This document shows, piece after piece, positions 48,701-56,747 of a DNA stretch of 64,000 nt. The DNA is from a virus. The stretch's first letter is position 1. Every line of letters begins with the position of its first letter. Position numbers and translations under genes: made by a program. The stretch covers positions 1 to 64,000 of the IMG/VR virus record IMGVR_UViG_3300046373_000136; one strand, given 5' to 3'. Under the pieces are notes generated by a model. The model was not told the origin of the DNA. It worked only from the letters and a program-made list of their open reading frames with translations, and did not search any database.

Positions 48701-50202
48701 GACTTGGCCACATAGTCACCGTTGAACTTGGCCATGATGTCGAACGCTTCCCGGATGTTCTTTTCCTGCACATCCGGTGTGCCATTCTCACGGGAATGCG
48801 TCATGAGTGCCTGGACGGCCTTATCCGGGGCGTAGGCAGGCGATTGCGGGTCAGTCAAGGCCGATACATCACCTGTCTCTTTCGCCGCCGTGTAGGTCTC
48901 CTGAACAGCTTGTGGCACGGGAGCCGGAGCGTCAGCGGCAGGCGACGTGCCAGGTACATGGCTAGGACTGGCCAGATGTACACCGGCTGAGAGTCCACCA
49001 CCGGCTACCGCACCCAGCGTACCGCCGACATAGTTTTCTTCACCGGAGTAGGGCTTGCCCTCGATGTTGCGCTCCATGCCGGTCTGGTAGAACTCGGTAC
49101 CGAATTCACCGACTGCACCTTCACCCACGGCAGCACCAGCACGACCAATCGCGGTCTTCTCAACAGCACCGGCTACCTTACCCGAGCCAGGAATCACCTT
49201 GGCACCGAGCATGAACTTGTCACCCAGTGTTTCAGCCACAGCCAGGGAACCTGCTTTTGCTGCCATGGTAGCCAGCTCATCCCCGGAAGGAATCTGACCG
49301 TTATGGGTCTTCTGGTATTCCTGTACGCCCTTGCTATAGGCTTCCATGGCATATGCCACGTTGGTTGTCGTCATCGCACCACCGGACAGTGCAGCAGCAG
49401 CCAGTTGTGGGGTATTGGATACCACCAACTCCATTGCCGCAGTCGGGTTCTTCCAGGCAGCTTCGCCCACCGTACCGATGAGACCAGCGATCCCTGAAGC
49501 TACATCCATGGCACCGGTTGCACCACCTTTATCCCAGCCAGAGGTGATCTTGGCCATGCCATCTTTATAGCCGGCCTTGGCCGTATTCGTGATGTCGGTC
49601 TGGTTACCCTTGTGAACGATGGACGAGATGTCCGTCTGTGAACGCAGGTCTTCCCCGAACTTCAAAGCTTCATCAACCTTGGCCATGCGTTCCATGTTGG
49701 TCTGCAAGCGGCCGGTCTTGCGTGCTTCAGCCCGAGCCACTGCCTGATATTTGGACAGGGGCCGGTTTTCCGAGATGTCACCATCTGGCAGACTGAGCAG
49801 CTTCATGTCCTCATCAGTCTGCGAGCCGTTCTTGTAACGAGCATGGGCCAGTTTCACTTCTTCTGGCACACCCTGCATTTCGGCTGCTGCCTTCAATGTC
49901 GGTACCATGTTGATGATCTGTGTACCCACCTTGGCTGTTCCATCGGCCAGTGTTGCTGCCATGTTCACCGCTTCACCGGGAATCCCATCGGGATTCAGGC
50001 CCAGCTTGCTAGTCCAGGAATCCTTATTGGCCAGGTCTTCTGCCTGCTGTGCTACCTGATTGCCTGACGTACCATCCACCACGGATTGTAGATCAGCAAC
50101 TTTCTTGTTGGCAGCACGGCCCAGATCACCGAGCTTGTCGCCTTCAGTAATGCTGCTGCCGTATTTATTGGTCAGGTAAGCGTCAAGGTTGAATTCAGAC
50201 AT
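39754..50202 (-). CDS. virion-encapsidated RNA polymerase (N4 vRNAP, gp50-like)
   Basis: 3482 aa with no Cys seen; motif A VDGKTNG, motif B RKIVKTPLTAFTFG, motif C VHDEIG; C-terminal HELIH zincin-like motif. Confidence 0.96.
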   Translation of the reverse strand: MSEFNLDAYLTNKYGSSITEGDKLGDLGRAANKKVADLQSVVDGTSGNQVAQQAEDLANKDSWTSKLGLNPDGIPGEAVNMAATLADGTAKVGTQIINMVPTLKAAAEMQGVPEEVKLAHARYKNGSQTDEDMKLLSLPDGDISENRPLSKYQAVARAEARKTGRLQTNMERMAKVDEALKFGEDLRSQTDISSIVHKGNQTDITNTAKAGYKDGMAKITSGWDKGGATGAMDVASGIAGLIGTVGEAAWKNPTAAMELVVSNTPQLAAAALSGGAMTTTNVAYAMEAYSKGVQEYQKTHNGQIPSGDELATMAAKAGSLAVAETLGDKFMLGAKVIPGSGKVAGAVEKTAIGRAGAAVGEGAVGEFGTEFYQTGMERNIEGKPYSGEENYVGGTLGAVAGGGLSAGVHLASPSHVPGTSPAADAPAPVPQAVQETYTAAKETGDVSALTDPQSPAYAPDKAVQALMTHSRENGTPDVQEKNIREAFDIMAKFNGDYVAKSDAYDALEDKTTPEAKAMAKELSGTKKSVEKAQRVMDRFQTDYFTAMDVQDQLAKLEAKAAPEDGGEASVAPEAAQAAENIINLSMVSPKRVTEDDANTLINSPATTETQKDYLRKFAATRVAENELRGLGDVSKEIVDGSKTNLGLTQYREQVASAIGAGSIKKANASLDLLTNFETSHSQKATLTAEAFQDYQDTGKPVQVVKNDATKQWEIRYSNFLEGKEAKINGAVTVNAASQKLVSSIQKEADAIAATKAELAAAIDLRFNGAKNVQNLPSAQAVSSGNSSVGAVQPAPASATSGQAAPTVPAQPVAVSPSPVGVSPSAVSTAAQPAVTTQLTQAASGSSTENPLKSTQETEKTKNPLHSTEGTESTASISPMVPEAPLSTKNSTESDSQSKPGLTVLQQGQDKANTLPPGERGAVYRKINRAATFLKQKGAKVEKDEDIGRDKPLVAVNNLLTLMNDGTVEPDSLFPGGLTDEQRTAITTFQKFATKWSADIKALLIKGSIKNSQGNQVNPEFVYEDPLQDFFNADGTMDENVVTAIAYGAYSWINDTIHAPMSKDAADLLEMHGLDGEANTMTKAGVAILRNVAAMETAVINDLGDRIVKALGLSATPDAPLDYLPGLATAFGIHALQVLRKNELVKTETFKGNVLTNFMPEFSMEANKSITYVSLVRDGKELPNDSRAIRDANADTQGVVDKLFDSEKTPTEASWTPIPFKQEFAKRTGQQVSKEQTATLKKAQKVPHRIIPSMWHALSVLGDDVILKAAGWKEANDDKIHAKNRDSVEAQNLNLENQLLSLKGLITNALTNSTEKLEQPFFLNYEVWRNFRVGISTRDLNPQTSKIHRFMIYRPEWKATIKTADAEQFLIGVAQAMGVKVDQQRNSKSMDIFNKKVQAKGIDALATKLYDATLSPETASLSTQDKEAIADLAAGNEGMQTLQALVAYGTYLHAKDKGDATFESHMLVGVDGKTNGPILSQLALGAAGSIKALFSRLNRGGMYRAEDGVKNYNLWYENDASLDLYEDLASHVLKGLPNSATMTAIQTFTKELMSGNKVTSAGRKIVKTPLTAFTFGSAVEKSVLSMREAFIQSVYDKIEAVADGSDKSTSRGQLIDSLNQLVGRKNAFSADTTIEQLMVLDLDAKENKARLDSMNDAFDNTMGAAVTETMNNYFKVFSSRRSAVNKAIQTSFEIYDALYRDLEAKEMTRLMEAGEIDYRDVKRKDGTTDRVPVHGMNATQKAALDAKVAHVLPQAHTAYSQAEGDLNAGLYMAKTSNGRSTQPYGYAKTQFATPVLNAEGKPVTAMKASSMERREVGPGAAGLPYFMHSSDSAIMHRALAQFIEAMNVHDEIGNGADKVRETAKAINGATWKTLLTFSPATEAFQMLERSVTNVLQMAEDGDVSPAVLKQIQASFEALLYQDEEVAPADLPVHILSRLRGQQFKANKVRLEAMAEMTAIDQYTWEDGQYDVTEADRAEARKLLAELEAEGAPLTEAMEASADALGKLFVKGVQPATAKQVAPVITAEQTQTTPATAAWAVGQVAAELDTKEARDLQKAVEAGQNVAEAINAMPEGADKDAVVESLVQAADSLNQGVFTPFGQLGSPVVESNAELVSYLQANPNPQVKDLIKQLVGMLRKDGGWSSKLQADMLRVLYKLAPADLTVRYITPETKAGDVLAMPTEASRGWYVAKGSKQEVNLLSPDFVDSGLTPELVIHELIHSVLARAVINPTGDAKALVSELEEILSVARGYVEDKGLTKFDGAVTEVNELLAWGLTNRDFQTEVLSKIQLDESRTTKNRLVAGMQKFINTISKYLFKSPTDMQTNGLGMLIANASGLFKHAAEQKQGPQSQVATVLSMAVQRITEYSTQDVFNALEDGRLSDADKSRITGLLTGIVEKLHGKFGSLRQAIMNSQAGTPLDAFITAEAEGAVPFASATIASPFRVSSQLAFALEQVEVTIKTALDSHDAAAKSAYAQLGKLYTEAKTLLQGKLPQDQHDFLFTPTKDNGNQSDYLARFAAMALVHPEVNELMKVSTDTGTMASGGSFADKLQRFFEKMLELLTDKITGTYAGQRADAKLEQLVKQLVSIEAKSKQVLARNAVTTAMLEPVEDMAKSLAEKGRAAVSKAAGSKLFTGSKNQFIRTAGVVAKIYADDRVEDFLDGMKTIRNKEFKSSEGVMASLVTEVRGHLVVFQEILREAKIREGERKDIITQGAAAVLAGFKDSEKLTEAQKTGVTRIFMRSGAHHLLDHFDLKQIEAMLADPAVLDKHIGEMEAKLGNYRGLKDAVIEQAQVLGYYKATGYVRGLLHANGHNISRLLGTKYEGNVDHIQAYRSEATINALVTLYSIGYSSDADKAAANSVLSAENGRGTENGVEFMLKLHKHMEAESLEKLFKGNPTLMMHGYTPEVYNPNTDIQVVNNELGDLLVAQGYSKGPRVNPDNLDPNGGVKHIYVQKDGGLSRRVTGAFSLSDTGAKGSRLEIENPNEFSTMAMSAWDRQTKGSSWKLMSNRSDNHAAPIFNEAGRITDWRYLMAESTKDSILERDNRFEHLMGKMAGSVYDKQATPVQNKKAVEVLREEYNKSFADNPDDFIKIGAGSADASLREIWNLLPAQTQADIRKVWGQDAMMVRKDSLNILFGYRKLSMADAFNKEDKGFMDKAMIQLTTQIFGAKAEHRVRQFERRWLAVVSEIKDIVVVKTGTVMIGNIKSNMWLLALSGVPFRQNLNSHLVALRGATAYRKDSEKLARLQLARSADYIKGSVKELDDEITRLEDSIARNPVKELIDAGLMPTIVEDVAAADDIYSYRSKFARDVDEKMDQYLHPVIQRGLKNVYMTHDTKLYQGLSRVTQLSDFVARYALYQHLTTRKKNPLSKKEAIQQASEAFVNYDIPMHPLLQYVDDMGIIPFMKYFLRIQKVLIRLVRENPARVLGTIILDNIWELGETVLDSSALRKVGNNPLTTGAFRYFSTLDQLATVNGAMSVFK

Positions 50203-50257
50203 GTTATTTCCTGTGAGAAGTGTTGCAGCATTCTAATGGATTGATAGCAACAGAAGT

Positions 50258-50288
50258 GCAACAGGCCAGTATTTAGCTGGCCTGTTGT
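50258..50288 (-). terminator. hairpin between internal virion gene and vRNAP
   Basis: CAACAGGCCAG / CTGGCCTGTTG inverted repeat. Confidence 0.6.
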
Positions 50289-50294
50289 GGTGAT

Positions 50295-52718
50295 TTACCG
50301 GCTAGTGCCGGGATTCTGTCGCCGGAAGTCTTCCGGGTACTGGGCATTCGGGTCTTCCCAGATGCCTACCTTTTTCGCCTTGGCACCGGCTTCTGCTTCA
50401 GCCAGTTTGGGATCATTCGAGTACCGTCGATACAACCAGGCTGCACCCTTTTCCAGCATCTTCTGATCCACGCCGACACCTTCGACTTCGATCTGGCAAT
50501 AGGACCGGGAGTCCTTGCCTTCACTCGATGATGGTGCCCGTGTGACACGCACGGTGACTTCCTTATTCTCGATCATGTCCTTGAGTATCTTCTTGGACTG
50601 TTCACCGAAGTTCTGGCTGGGCTTGCCGTATTGCATGTGCGCCACTTCCGGTGCATCGATACTGTCGATCCGGCAGTTCAACTTGTTGCCATCCTTGGTG
50701 GTCAGATTGGCGCCATCACCGTCACCGACATAGGTCACCATCGCCCGTTGTCCACCCGGCTTGGCTGCTTGAACAGCCGTAACCGGAGGAGACCAATTCA
50801 CATCCTTGGGAATCTCCACTGGGGAATTCGACTTTGAAGGGGCACTGGAACCAGAGATACTGACAAAGCTCGTTTCCTTTACCGTGGCAGCGTCATCACC
50901 TGGACGAGACAAGGCCGGAGCCACCTGATCCAGTGTGGGATTAACAGTGCCTCGGCCCCCTTCGACACTGGGGTTGGCCGGCAAGCTGTTACGCCGAGCC
51001 ATGGACACCATGTTGGCTGCACGGGTACCCGATTGCACATAGTTTGGGTCTTCGGCATAGCCACCTGCCTTCAGGCCGGAGAAATAAGCCTGGGCATCCT
51101 GGGTATTGAGGGCACCGGCATAGCGTCGATTGCCGAGTAGGGTACTGAAGTCATTGGCGAAACCATCGGCATCATTGTATTTCCGGTACTTGTCTACCGA
51201 GCCGTTCATGTTGTCCTTGGCTGCGACACCATTCCCGTTCTTGGAGAAGTCCTTGATATTGCCGAAGTTATTGGTGCCAGGGATGACGGACTTACCCCAG
51301 CCAGTTTCCAGGCCCCATTGACCGATGACGGCATCCACAGGCACGCCGAGCTGCTGCGCAACTCGCTCAGCCTGTGGTCCCACCTGTTTCATGAAGGCCG
51401 ATACCCGTTCTTGCTGGGTACCGGAAATGGGTGCAGTAGGTGTGCCTGAAGGCACATTACTTATTTCACTACTTTTTTTTTGAGCCTCCGTTAGCGCCGG
51501 TCCTGCGAAACTCGAACTTAATGGAGATAGTCGATCCGTGGTTGCCCGCAGCACTGCTTTGACTTCCTCAATTCGCTGCTTGTCCTGGTTCGATGTATTG
51601 TCTTGGCCGGTAACGGCTGACTTGTGGCCAAAGCGATTTTGCAGGATGTTGGCGAAGTCATCACCACGCCGGCTGAAACCGATAGCCAGTGGGTTATCCG
51701 TGGATTGTTCCACAGCCTTCAGTGCATCCGTGACGGAGATCGGCATCTTGATGGGCTTACCATCCTTATCCGTACCCACTTCGATACCACCATCACGGAA
51801 GTACTTGTTCAGGTTGTACAGGATGTCGCTCTGCTGCTTCTCATCGATACCCCGAGCTTTTAGCCCTTTCATCAGGGCTTCTTTACCTGCTTCGGTATCA
51901 AGTGTACCCGAAGCCATACCCGAGTTTTCAAGTAGTTGCTTGTAGGCTTCTTTCTTGCCCAGTTCCAGCTTGTCGTTCTGGGCCTTACGCAGAGCGGCAG
52001 CTTTCTCATCAGACTGTGCTTGATAGTGCAGTTTTTCTGCATCAGCACGGGTTTGTGCCACACCCAGTTGACCACGACTGATATCCACGTTGGCCGCAGA
52101 GTTTGCAATCTCGCCTTTGAGTTTATCCACCATCAATGGACGATCTGCTGTTTTCCAGTCGAACTCAGTATTAATCCGTTGATCCGAAGTGTTCTGACGG
52201 GTCAGATCACGCTTGAATGCAGCGATCTCATTGGCCTGTGGCATGGAGGGGAAGTTAGCCAGGATTTGATCTCCGGCCGCTGTATCACCCCGTAGATAGG
52301 CGGCTTTGGCTTGATCAGCCAGTGGTTGATGGGCCACCACATCCTGTTGGACACCAAACTGCTGTTCTTTGGTCAAGTTGTCACGCAGGATGCCAGGACG
52401 GGCATCTTCCGCAGCGTTGACTGCATTGCGGTCAAACTGGGCACCGAAGCCTGCCTTCATCTCAGCCAGTGCACCGGACTGTTGCAGAGCTGCCATTTCC
52501 TCTGGCGACTTCGCTCCCCGCAGTGCATCCATCAATGCCTGAGTATTGTTGACCTTCTGGTTCTGCCAGTTGGCATCCTGATTGTCAGTGACCATGCCCA
52601 GCGTCTTCTGTAGAGCAGCGAAGCCGGCATTAAGATCGGCACTAGCAAAGCGCATGGGTTGGGCAGCTTCAGCCGGCGTAGGGCCGGTGACATTGCGCCA
52701 GGTAATTGGCTCAGCCAT
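50295..52718 (-). CDS. internal virion protein (gp51 position) fused to a GH73/FlgJ-like muramidase and a staphylococcal nuclease (SNase) domain
   Basis: N-terminus MAEPITWRNV; QWGLETGWG...NNFGNIK...GGYAEDPNY (GH73); VGDGDG...RIDSIDAPE...Q.FG..S...G.AW.Y...AEAGAKAKKVGIW...P.DFR (SNase). Confidence 0.85.
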   Translation of the reverse strand: MAEPITWRNVTGPTPAEAAQPMRFASADLNAGFAALQKTLGMVTDNQDANWQNQKVNNTQALMDALRGAKSPEEMAALQQSGALAEMKAGFGAQFDRNAVNAAEDARPGILRDNLTKEQQFGVQQDVVAHQPLADQAKAAYLRGDTAAGDQILANFPSMPQANEIAAFKRDLTRQNTSDQRINTEFDWKTADRPLMVDKLKGEIANSAANVDISRGQLGVAQTRADAEKLHYQAQSDEKAAALRKAQNDKLELGKKEAYKQLLENSGMASGTLDTEAGKEALMKGLKARGIDEKQQSDILYNLNKYFRDGGIEVGTDKDGKPIKMPISVTDALKAVEQSTDNPLAIGFSRRGDDFANILQNRFGHKSAVTGQDNTSNQDKQRIEEVKAVLRATTDRLSPLSSSFAGPALTEAQKKSSEISNVPSGTPTAPISGTQQERVSAFMKQVGPQAERVAQQLGVPVDAVIGQWGLETGWGKSVIPGTNNFGNIKDFSKNGNGVAAKDNMNGSVDKYRKYNDADGFANDFSTLLGNRRYAGALNTQDAQAYFSGLKAGGYAEDPNYVQSGTRAANMVSMARRNSLPANPSVEGGRGTVNPTLDQVAPALSRPGDDAATVKETSFVSISGSSAPSKSNSPVEIPKDVNWSPPVTAVQAAKPGGQRAMVTYVGDGDGANLTTKDGNKLNCRIDSIDAPEVAHMQYGKPSQNFGEQSKKILKDMIENKEVTVRVTRAPSSSEGKDSRSYCQIEVEGVGVDQKMLEKGAAWLYRRYSNDPKLAEAEAGAKAKKVGIWEDPNAQYPEDFRRQNPGTSR

Positions 52719-53293
52719 TATTTGACTCCGTTCTTATCCATGTACGAACCCACCGATTCGTAGGCATTTGGATTGGCAGCAACCCGAGCACGCTGACGGT
52801 CTTCCAGTCGGGTGTTCGTGGTCTGCTTCTGGGCACCGTAGTTCAGGTCGAACTGGCGTTGGCCTTCAGCGAGCTGCTTCTTGGCCAAGCCGTACTGCTG
52901 CATGCCCATGAACAAGGAAGCAGCACCCTGGAGAGCACCCAGTCCAAGCCCACCAGCACCCAGTGTCTTGGAACCATCCGCATTGGTGCCACCCAGGATC
53001 ATTTTCATCCAGTCGGTACCACCACCTGCACCACCTGCCGGTGCAGCGAATTGGCTGGCAATGTCCGTACCCACAGGCGACATCCCATAGTTCATCTGAC
53101 CCAGGTTGGAGCCAGAGAGATCGAATCCTTTGCCGTTGTCACCCATGTAATTGACAGATGGCAATAGCGAATTGGGGTCTGTCGGAATCGACATGTTCGG
53201 GTCCACTGGAGCGGCACCGTAATTCATTAGGCCGGACAGGTAACCGTTATTGCCAAAGCTGCCCGAAGGCATTGGCGAAGATGGGTAACTCAT
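52718..53293 (-). CDS. virion structural protein (N4 gp52-like)
   Basis: Gly-rich; C-terminal QKQTTNTRLEDRQRARVAANPNAYESVGSYM; synteny. Confidence 0.75.
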   Translation of the reverse strand: MSYPSSPMPSGSFGNNGYLSGLMNYGAAPVDPNMSIPTDPNSLLPSVNYMGDNGKGFDLSGSNLGQMNYGMSPVGTDIASQFAAPAGGAGGGTDWMKMILGGTNADGSKTLGAGGLGLGALQGAASLFMGMQQYGLAKKQLAEGQRQFDLNYGAQKQTTNTRLEDRQRARVAANPNAYESVGSYMDKNGVK

Positions 53294-55554
53294 TTTTGTT
53301 CTCCGATGGTGTCAGATAAAGTAGGGAGGGATAACGACCTTTCGACATAATTGCCCACCGCGTCAATTCCTATCATACCAATGTTTCCGGCATGAATAGT
53401 TCTGTTGAAGTAATCTTCTGGTGGCTCACCGAAGATGATGAACGGGGCGAACTTGTTATCGTCGTCAAGTAGCTTGTTAGCAACAGCAAGTTGGGCATCG
53501 AGTGCCTTGGCTTGACCAGACAGGTCTGACATTTCCTCTTGAATCTTGGTCATGTCGCTTTTCAGGGTTTCCGTAATGGCCTTGCTCAGTCCTTGTCCGA
53601 CTTGCAAAAGGTCTTTGGCAAACGGCATTTGCTGTGACAGGTTGGCTCCCAACTCATCCCCGAACTTGGCGCTAATACCGTAGGCTATGGCAATGATGGC
53701 CACCAGGAAGGCAACCTTGACACCTGCAACCTTGATGAACAGCTTGAATGCCACAGCCGTGACAAGGTATTCAAGACCGGTCATGACCACAGCAAGCAGA
53801 ATTTGTTCGGCTGTCAGGGTAGCGGTAGCCGCTACAAACGCTTCCAGCGTGGCACCACCGTCATACACTGCAATTGCCAGAGCCACCACCAGGATAAAGA
53901 ACTGGAAGAAGCTGGACTGGTACCAGGACAGATGGACGGTCACCCGTGCATTGAAGATGAAATGCAGGCTGCGGCTATACAGTTCTTCCCGCTTGCGCAG
54001 GGAGAAGTGCTTGGTCACATTCAGATCGAGCGGGATCAACAGCACATCACTGCGATCTTCCGGGGTATCCCCGTCAGCCGTGACACCGTAATCCCCATAG
54101 ATGAAGTAGCGCACCGACAGGCCGAAGACGAAGATTTCTTCGTAGTAGCCGGGTTGCACTTGCTTGCGGTAGTAGTGCGATGGCACCGGGTAGAACTGGT
54201 CAAACGTGTAAGCACCGCCTTCGGTTTCCTGTGTCACGCTGTACTTGAAGCTCAGGGCCATTTCACCCGAGCTGTAGGTACCGACAGGTCCAATCGTACC
54301 CACATAAGCACGTTTGTAGATGCCCATGTTCGACAAAGAGAGTTTGAAACGAGCATCCTGAATTATCAGAGCCGAGTTCGTGATAAGTGGACCTACCGTA
54401 TCCGGATTTAGGTCTTCATGGTTCACGTCCCACACCTGACCACCACTGTCGATGAAGGTGCTGTCGAAATACTCGTACAGGTACCGCTGTTCCAGCGGGT
54501 TAGTGCTGTCGGCTTCCACTGACCACATCAGCATCGCCTGTTCGACGTTTTCAATGTCCGGGCTTTGATGGATGCTGTCGCAAATGGCGTCATAGTCCAT
54601 GTGGATTTTCTTCAGCATCTTCTTCGCAGTCTTGTAGCCGGGATCATTCTTGTCCTCGTTGCCCTTGACCTTGTTGTAACGGAAGTACACCCACGGGAAG
54701 TAGGAACCGGCCTGATTGAAGGCAGGATTGAACACGTTGTCCAGCGTGGGCCAGGTACCAGAGCCGACCTTGTAACGCCACCAGCCGTAGTTGGTGTTTC
54801 CCTGGTTGCGGTAGAGCGTCTGGAAGTACTGGTCAGCCGAATTCAAGCCAGGAAACCCGATGTCCTGATCCATGATGACCATTTCGCTGCTGTAGTCGAT
54901 CACAGTGACCGGGTTACCGTTGTCACCACCACCTTCGAGATGCGAACCACTGGGCCAGGAATAGTACAGCCAGATTTTGATGCTGTTGTTTGCTGCCCCG
55001 TTGTCGATCTGGACCGTGAAACGTTCCGGGTTGACCAGCACCGAATGGTTCACCAGCGAGTCCTGTGGCAGCGAATCGTAGGTGGTCTGATTCATTATCA
55101 GGTACACCACGGCCAACGATACATCTACACCTTTTTCCAATGATGGATTGATGAGCTTTAGCGTAATCGGATTGAGGTTGTAGCGCAGATCAATTAGGTT
55201 GAAGGCTTCGAACCAGAAGTTGTACTGGGCCACGGAGTTGCGGATAACCGTCATCTCCTGTCCATAGATATCGAGCAGCACTGCCTTGACCAGATTGCCG
55301 CCACCGGTCTGAGATACACCGGAACCATGTGGCAGACCATAGGTGTACTTGTCCCGGCCATACTTGAAGAAGGGACGGGCCGTGAAGCCGATCCCATTCA
55401 CCATGTCTTCGAGGATGTAATCCGAGGTCTCACCGTGCGCAAAGATCGACTTGATCGTGCCGGACTTGACTGAGGAAATGAACTTGTTGTCGGCCACCAC
55501 CCGGTTTGCTGTGGTGCTGACGTATGTCTCATCGCTTCCGCTGAATAAACCCAT
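53290..55554 (-). CDS. virion protein with membrane segments (N4 gp53-like)
   Basis: MGLFSG start, WYQS followed by hydrophobic helices, EPPEDYFNRTIHAGNIG; synteny. Confidence 0.75.
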   Translation of the reverse strand: MGLFSGSDETYVSTTANRVVADNKFISSVKSGTIKSIFAHGETSDYILEDMVNGIGFTARPFFKYGRDKYTYGLPHGSGVSQTGGGNLVKAVLLDIYGQEMTVIRNSVAQYNFWFEAFNLIDLRYNLNPITLKLINPSLEKGVDVSLAVVYLIMNQTTYDSLPQDSLVNHSVLVNPERFTVQIDNGAANNSIKIWLYYSWPSGSHLEGGGDNGNPVTVIDYSSEMVIMDQDIGFPGLNSADQYFQTLYRNQGNTNYGWWRYKVGSGTWPTLDNVFNPAFNQAGSYFPWVYFRYNKVKGNEDKNDPGYKTAKKMLKKIHMDYDAICDSIHQSPDIENVEQAMLMWSVEADSTNPLEQRYLYEYFDSTFIDSGGQVWDVNHEDLNPDTVGPLITNSALIIQDARFKLSLSNMGIYKRAYVGTIGPVGTYSSGEMALSFKYSVTQETEGGAYTFDQFYPVPSHYYRKQVQPGYYEEIFVFGLSVRYFIYGDYGVTADGDTPEDRSDVLLIPLDLNVTKHFSLRKREELYSRSLHFIFNARVTVHLSWYQSSFFQFFILVVALAIAVYDGGATLEAFVAATATLTAEQILLAVVMTGLEYLVTAVAFKLFIKVAGVKVAFLVAIIAIAYGISAKFGDELGANLSQQMPFAKDLLQVGQGLSKAITETLKSDMTKIQEEMSDLSGQAKALDAQLAVANKLLDDDNKFAPFIIFGEPPEDYFNRTIHAGNIGMIGIDAVGNYVERSLSLPTLSDTIGEQK

Positions 55555-55568
55555 GGCCTACCTTTAAT

Positions 55569-55592
55569 AAAAAGGGGAGCACGCAGCTCCCC
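55569..55592 (-). terminator. intrinsic terminator
   Basis: On the - strand, GGGGAGC-loop-GCTCCCC followed by TTTTT. Confidence 0.7.
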
Positions 55593-55615
55593 TATTCCTG
55601 CTCAATAACGGCTAC

Positions 55616-56731
55616 TTAGACGCCTGTTACACCAGCTTGACGGAGCATTTGCAGCACAACTGAACCAATGACCGGATCGGACAGGCCATTCGTACTGTCA
55701 GCCACCGTGGCTTCGTCTGTAGTACGGCGTACCTTCCAGGTATCAGTCATGATCTGTGCTGCCTTCTGCAAGGCATCACTTTCAAATCCTTTGGCCTGGG
55801 CTGCATAGAGCGTCATTTGTCGGCCGAGGACTGAAAGGCTACCTGCCACGTTATCAATGGTCTGTGCCCGTTCCGTTTCACGTTTCTGGGCAATCAGCAA
55901 GACTTCTGCTTCAATCCGGGTACGTGTCACGATCTCAGTCTGAATCTCAGCTTGCATCTTCAGGATTTGCTGATCAATCAACTGGCCCTGTTTCACTGCT
56001 TGTTGCACCTGTGCCGTAATCAAAGGCAACTGCGCTGACAGATTCAGGACTTCCTGGATGATCTTCTTACGTTGCTCGATGCTGGTCAGCAGTTCATCCC
56101 GTGCGTTCAGGATTTGCTGATCAATGAGTTCACCACGCTTCTGCATTTCCACAACTTGTGCTTGGATCAGCGGCAGTTGGGCTTGCAGGTTCAGGATTTC
56201 CTGGGTCAGCTTTTCTCGTTGCTTGGCCGAGGTCAGCAGTTCGTCAATCAGGTTGGTGCGTTGCTGATTGATGAGCAGGGTTTGCGCTTCGATCTGCAAT
56301 TTCTGTGCAGCGAGGTTCGCAATTTCTTGGTCCAGCTTCAGGCGTTGCTTGGCACTGGTTAGGAGATCATCTACGAGGTTTGCCTTTTGTTGGATGACCA
56401 GGGCAGTCTGGGCTTCGGTCTGTAGGATCGAGGCTTCGGCTTGCCGTTGCTGGATGATAGCCAGCTTGATCTGTTCTTCCTTCAGCTCGTTTTCGAGCGT
56501 GACGCTACGTTGTTGCAGGGTGAACTGTAACGAGGTATTGAGCACAGCTTGCAGGCCACCTAGATAGACCTGGGCGTATTCCGGTCCCTTGATGCGGTTC
56601 TTGTCATACTCCCCATCAATGTGAACCTTGAAGGCACGCATGAGGGTATCGAACGTGCCATCCCCGTCCAGCGTAGCTTGGGTCAAGCTCGCTGTTCGAA
56701 CGGATGGATCAATGGGTTGCATGTCAATCAT
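55616..56731 (-). CDS. virion structural protein (N4 gp54-like) with coiled-coil repeats
   Basis: GDGTFDTLM...RIKGPEYAQVY; three DELLTS..QR.K..QE..NL.AQ repeats. Confidence 0.8.
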   Translation of the reverse strand: MIDMQPIDPSVRTASLTQATLDGDGTFDTLMRAFKVHIDGEYDKNRIKGPEYAQVYLGGLQAVLNTSLQFTLQQRSVTLENELKEEQIKLAIIQQRQAEASILQTEAQTALVIQQKANLVDDLLTSAKQRLKLDQEIANLAAQKLQIEAQTLLINQQRTNLIDELLTSAKQREKLTQEILNLQAQLPLIQAQVVEMQKRGELIDQQILNARDELLTSIEQRKKIIQEVLNLSAQLPLITAQVQQAVKQGQLIDQQILKMQAEIQTEIVTRTRIEAEVLLIAQKRETERAQTIDNVAGSLSVLGRQMTLYAAQAKGFESDALQKAAQIMTDTWKVRRTTDEATVADSTNGLSDPVIGSVVLQMLRQAGVTGV

Positions 56732-56747
56732 GGTGGTCCTGGTCTAA

